A DNA stretch of 20,077 bases from NCBI GenBank assembly GCA_046754105.1, contig JBHHVD010000063.1:1-20077 (forward strand), in the 5' to 3' direction. Positions 17,343-20,077 of this stretch are shown piece after piece. The stretch is from Candidatus Krumholzibacteriia bacterium. Its GTDB lineage: Bacteria > Krumholzibacteriota > Krumholzibacteriia > WVZY01. Each line of letters starts with the position of its first letter. Within the stretch, counting starts at the first letter, position 1. The position numbers and the translations under genes were made by a program. Below the pieces are notes generated by a model. The model saw only the letters and a program-made list of their open reading frames with translations. It was not told the DNA's origin and searched no databases.

Positions 17343-18608
17343 CTACCGTCGCTTCCCGCCGTCGAGGTGTCGTTCGGCGTGGGCGGCGAGTTCCCCTTCC
17401 GGGACATCCACCTGGGTACGTGCCGCCATATCCTTCCACTTGACCGCTTCCGGCGTGTCACGCTCCACGATGACGGTGACACCGGCACCGCTCTTTTCCG
17501 CGTTCTTCAGTTGCTTCTTGAGGCTTCGCATCGACACGTCCACTTCCACGCGACCGTAGCACCGCAACGTCGTCGCAGTACGCAAAGCCCGGCCGGCGCT
17601 CGCATCGTCCGCGCACGCGACGTAGACATCGGCGCGGGCGACGGGCGTGTTCTCCGCGGCCGCACTGGCGGGCAGCACGCTAATGATCCGTTCCAGACCC
17701 GCGCTGAACCCCACCGCCGGCGTGTCGGGGCCACCGCACTGCTGAATGAGATCGTCGTAACGACCACCACCGCACAGGGCGTTTTGGGCCCCGAGCGACC
17801 CGTGAACGATCTCGAAGGCGGTCTTCGTGTAGTAATCGAGACCCCGGACCAGCGTCGGGTCGTGCTCGTACGTGCGGTCGACGGTCCGCAGCAGCGATCG
17901 AACCTGTTCGAAATGCGCGTCGCATTCCTGGCAGAGGTGATCCGGGATGCGCGGTAGCCGCTCCGCCACACCCGTGCAGGTCTTGCAGTCGAACACACGC
18001 ATCGGATTGCGCCGTGAGCGTTCCGTGCAGTCGTCGCACAGCTCGCCCGACACGGCATCCAGCGCCTCGCGCAGCACGTCCGCGTAGGCCCCGCGGCACA
18101 CGCGGCAGCCGACCGAGTTGACTTTCACGCTGAGATCGGTGAAACCGAGACGCTCGAGCCCGCTCATCACGACGTCGATCACCTCCACGTCGAGCGCCGG
18201 GTTCAGGCTTCCGATCGCTTCTACGCCAACCTGATGAAACTGCCGGTAGCGTCCCGCCTGGGGACGGTCGTACCGGAACATCGGGCCAGTATATGAGAGG
18301 CGCGTGATGCCGCCACGGCGGTGCATACCGCTCTCCAGGTACGCGCGGATCACCGACGCCGTGTTCTCGGGGCGTAACGTGACGCTGCGGCCGCCGCGGT
18401 CGGTGAACGTATACATTTCCTTCGACACGATGTCGGTTCCCTCTCCCACCGACCGCAGGAACAAATCCGTCGATTCGAAAATCGGTGTACGCACGGGGTC
18501 GTACCCGAAACGCTGGAACGTCTCGTCGAATACGCCCTCCACGTAACGCCACACGTACACGTCGGGCGGAAGTATGTCCTGTGTTCCCCTCGGACGCGCG
18601 TATTTCAC
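17343..18608 (-). CDS. hisS: Histidine--tRNA ligase
   Basis: PRGTQD, KEMYTF, LRPENTA, GPMFRYDRPQAGRYRQFHQ, LVRGLDYY, GGGRYD, GFSAGLER. Start chosen as GTG 18608 (GAGGT SD 8 nt upstream); 18623 is possible. Confidence 0.97.
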   Translation of the reverse strand: MKYARPRGTQDILPPDVYVWRYVEGVFDETFQRFGYDPVRTPIFESTDLFLRSVGEGTDIVSKEMYTFTDRGGRSVTLRPENTASVIRAYLESGMHRRGGITRLSYTGPMFRYDRPQAGRYRQFHQVGVEAIGSLNPALDVEVIDVVMSGLERLGFTDLSVKVNSVGCRVCRGAYADVLREALDAVSGELCDDCTERSRRNPMRVFDCKTCTGVAERLPRIPDHLCQECDAHFEQVRSLLRTVDRTYEHDPTLVRGLDYYTKTAFEIVHGSLGAQNALCGGGRYDDLIQQCGGPDTPAVGFSAGLERIISVLPASAAAENTPVARADVYVACADDASAGRALRTATTLRCYGRVEVDVSMRSLKKQLKNAEKSGAGVTVIVERDTPEAVKWKDMAARTQVDVPEGELAAHAERHLDGGKRR

Positions 18609-18619
18609 TGTCACATACC

Positions 18620-19027
18620 TCACTCACCGCCGCCAGCCGGGCCAATCCAGGGTGCGAGCCGCTTTCGGCCAAGCGGCGTAAAAACGAGAACCCACACACC
18701 GATCATCACACCCAGGGTGTCGGCGCACCAGTCGTAGATGTCCATGGATCGGTTGGGTATATAACTCTGGTAGAGTTCGTCGAGCGCTCCGACACTCGCC
18801 CCAACGGCAAGAAGAAACCCGAACGTCACCAGCTTCGAACGGCTGGCGCCAAAACCGATACCCTTGAACAACAACCCGCCCAACACCACGTACTCGAGAA
18901 GATGGGCGATCTTGTCCTTGTAAGCGAATTCAGGACCCGGCGGTGACAGGTTGGGGATTGAAGATGCAATGAATATCACCACGACATAGAAGACTAGCGC
19001 AAGCAGCCGCAATCGAGTCTTGGTCAT
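18620..19027 (-). CDS. VanZ-like family membrane protein
   Basis: From ATG 19027: MTKTRLRLL..IFIASSIP..DKIAHLLEY..DELYQSYIPNRSMDIYDWCADTLG, matching the VanZ-like DKxxH / DExxQxxxPxR / DxxAD pattern. The ORF-track extension to 19297 overlaps the EIIA gene and is spurious. Confidence 0.85.
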   Translation of the reverse strand: MTKTRLRLLALVFYVVVIFIASSIPNLSPPGPEFAYKDKIAHLLEYVVLGGLLFKGIGFGASRSKLVTFGFLLAVGASVGALDELYQSYIPNRSMDIYDWCADTLGVMIGVWVLVFTPLGRKRLAPWIGPAGGGE

Positions 19028-19103
19028 GTTCGGGCACTCGGCGTTCTCGCTGGCCTGACCACGGGCCGCCCGCGTGCACCCGACCGTGCTTGCCCCGGCA
19101 TCG

Positions 19104-19562
19104 CTAGCGATCCCCGAAGCGGCGGAAAATATCGAGGACGTCGCCAACCCCGCCCGCCCCACGCAGATTCTCGCGGAACTCGTCGTGGTTGAGCAGGCGC
19201 GATATCTTGGCGAGCACTTTAATATGGTTTCTTCGGCTGGCTTTCGGTCCGAGGATGATAAAAAAAAGATCCACTTCTTTGCCGTCCAGCGCCGCAAAAT
19301 CCACGCCGCCCTGCGTGCGATAGAATCCCGCCACCAGGCCGTCCACGCCGTCCGTGTACGCGTGCGGTATGGCGACGCCGTTTCCGATGCCCGTGCTCAT
19401 GACCTTTTCACGCTCTACGACGTCCCGCAGCGCGTGGTCCATGTTCTCGACCATGCCCTTGGCGTCAAGATCCTTCAGGATGTGCTCGAGAAGCTCGTCT
19501 TTCCCGGCCACCTCCACCCCCAACTCGACGCGGTCCTCATCGAATAGTTCGGATAGTCTCAT
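19104..19562 (-). CDS. Standalone PTS EIIA component (fructose/mannitol/Ntr family, PtsN-like)
   Basis: REKVMSTGIGNGVAIPHA with the phospho-His, DFAALDGKEVDLFF, HIKVLAKISR. ATG 19562 with AAGGA SD. Confidence 0.9.
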   Translation of the reverse strand: MRLSELFDEDRVELGVEVAGKDELLEHILKDLDAKGMVENMDHALRDVVEREKVMSTGIGNGVAIPHAYTDGVDGLVAGFYRTQGGVDFAALDGKEVDLFFIILGPKASRRNHIKVLAKISRLLNHDEFRENLRGAGGVGDVLDIFRRFGDR

Positions 19563-19603
19563 TGTCTTCCTTCGCTCGGGCTGACAGCTGTGCAATAAGG
19601 CTC

Positions 19604-19632
19604 AACGTATTTTCAAAACCGCACTCTGTCAA
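19604..19632 (-). promoter_or_regulatory. Sigma70-type promoter for EIIA-vanZ-hisS-aspS
   Basis: TTGACA (19632-19627), 17 nt, TACGTT (19609-19604). Confidence 0.65.
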
Positions 19633-19654
19633 GGCCGTACCGCGTAAAAAGCGC

Positions 19655-20077
19655 TCAAAACATGCTTCCGTAACGCTCGGACAAGGCCCGCACCCGCGCC
19701 AGGTCCGCTGGATCGACCGGCCGCAGCCCGCCGATGCCGTAGGCCTTCAGCAGCCGCACGGTTGCGTTCGACGAGGGGGCCCCGTCCGCCCTCCCCAGCA
19801 GGTCCGCCACCCGCCCCAGCTTGCGGCGATAGTAGCCGTGCCCCGGCTCCCGCGTGGCGATTACCAGCTCGGGCAGCGCTTCGTCTCGTATCACGATCTC
19901 CAGCTCGCCGGGCCGGACGATCCCGCGATCGATCATCTTCGCCAGATTGTGCTGCGTACAAGCGCCCAGCCGGTACGCCCCGTGGAGCACGCCCAGCACG
20001 GCACGCTCGCCGCTCGGGTCCGAACGCTCGAAGCGCAGTCCCTCGCCATCCTCCGGCGGTGTGAACCCGCGCCGGGC
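19655..20077 (-). CDS. C-terminal part of a probable PhnD/SsuA-type substrate-binding protein (5' end beyond window)
   Basis: Frame is open to the right edge (ARRGFTPPEDGEGLRFERSDPSGERAVLGVLHGAYRLGAC...). The AVLGVLHG..LGA, LEIV...LP and GIGGLRPVDPADLARVR segments resemble PhnD-type C-termini. CDS likely real; product tentative. Confidence 0.55.
   Translation of the reverse strand, partial: ARRGFTPPEDGEGLRFERSDPSGERAVLGVLHGAYRLGACTQHNLAKMIDRGIVRPGELEIVIRDEALPELVIATREPGHGYYRRKLGRVADLLGRADGAPSSNATVRLLKAYGIGGLRPVDPADLARVRALSERYGSMF

Noticed and set aside
3170..17957. Other long alternative ORFs (3170..4795, 4212..5633, 5266..6306, 13227..14228, 14304..15437, 15732..17957 and similar)
   Set aside because: They overlap well-supported housekeeping genes in antisense or shifted frames and have no recognisable domains.
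17920..18110. Four CxxC-like pairs in HisS
   Set aside because: Cys-rich insertion domains are common in bacterial HisRS, so this is not unusual.
1..20077. CRISPR arrays, tRNA/rRNA genes, IS elements, integrases, frameshifted genes
   Set aside because: None seen. Intergenic gaps are short, and all genes fully inside the window read through intact.

Overview
High-GC bacterial chromosome segment with every real gene on the minus strand. The gene content and the type of large secreted protein at the left edge suggest an FCB-group organism such as Ca. Krumholzibacteriota/Latescibacterota (inference). Order in the direction of transcription (right to left): partial PhnD-like substrate-binding protein; standalone PTS EIIA; VanZ-family protein; hisS; aspS; a two-gene lipoprotein unit (coiled-coil lipoprotein plus coiled-coil/LysM lipoprotein); phoH; PgpH-type 7TM-HD phosphodiesterase; ybeY; CorC/HlyC CBS protein; DUF502; mgtE; recO; glyQ; glyS; and a >951-aa secreted protein that runs off the left edge and is missing from the ORF track. 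Five sigma70-like promoters can be read directly. No rRNA, tRNA, CRISPR or mobile element was seen. Most interesting: (i) the ~330-nt densely structured leader of the large secreted protein, which contains an orphan perfect Shine-Dalgarno; (ii) a structured leader with a mini-uORF and terminator-like hairpin before the phoH-pgpH-ybeY operon; (iii) a coupled lipoprotein pair that looks like an Lpp-analogous envelope tether; (iv) a CorC protein whose transmembrane Mg2+ site looks degenerate; (v) a probably leaderless mgtE; (vi) non-canonical ATP-site residues in GlyQ and AspS.
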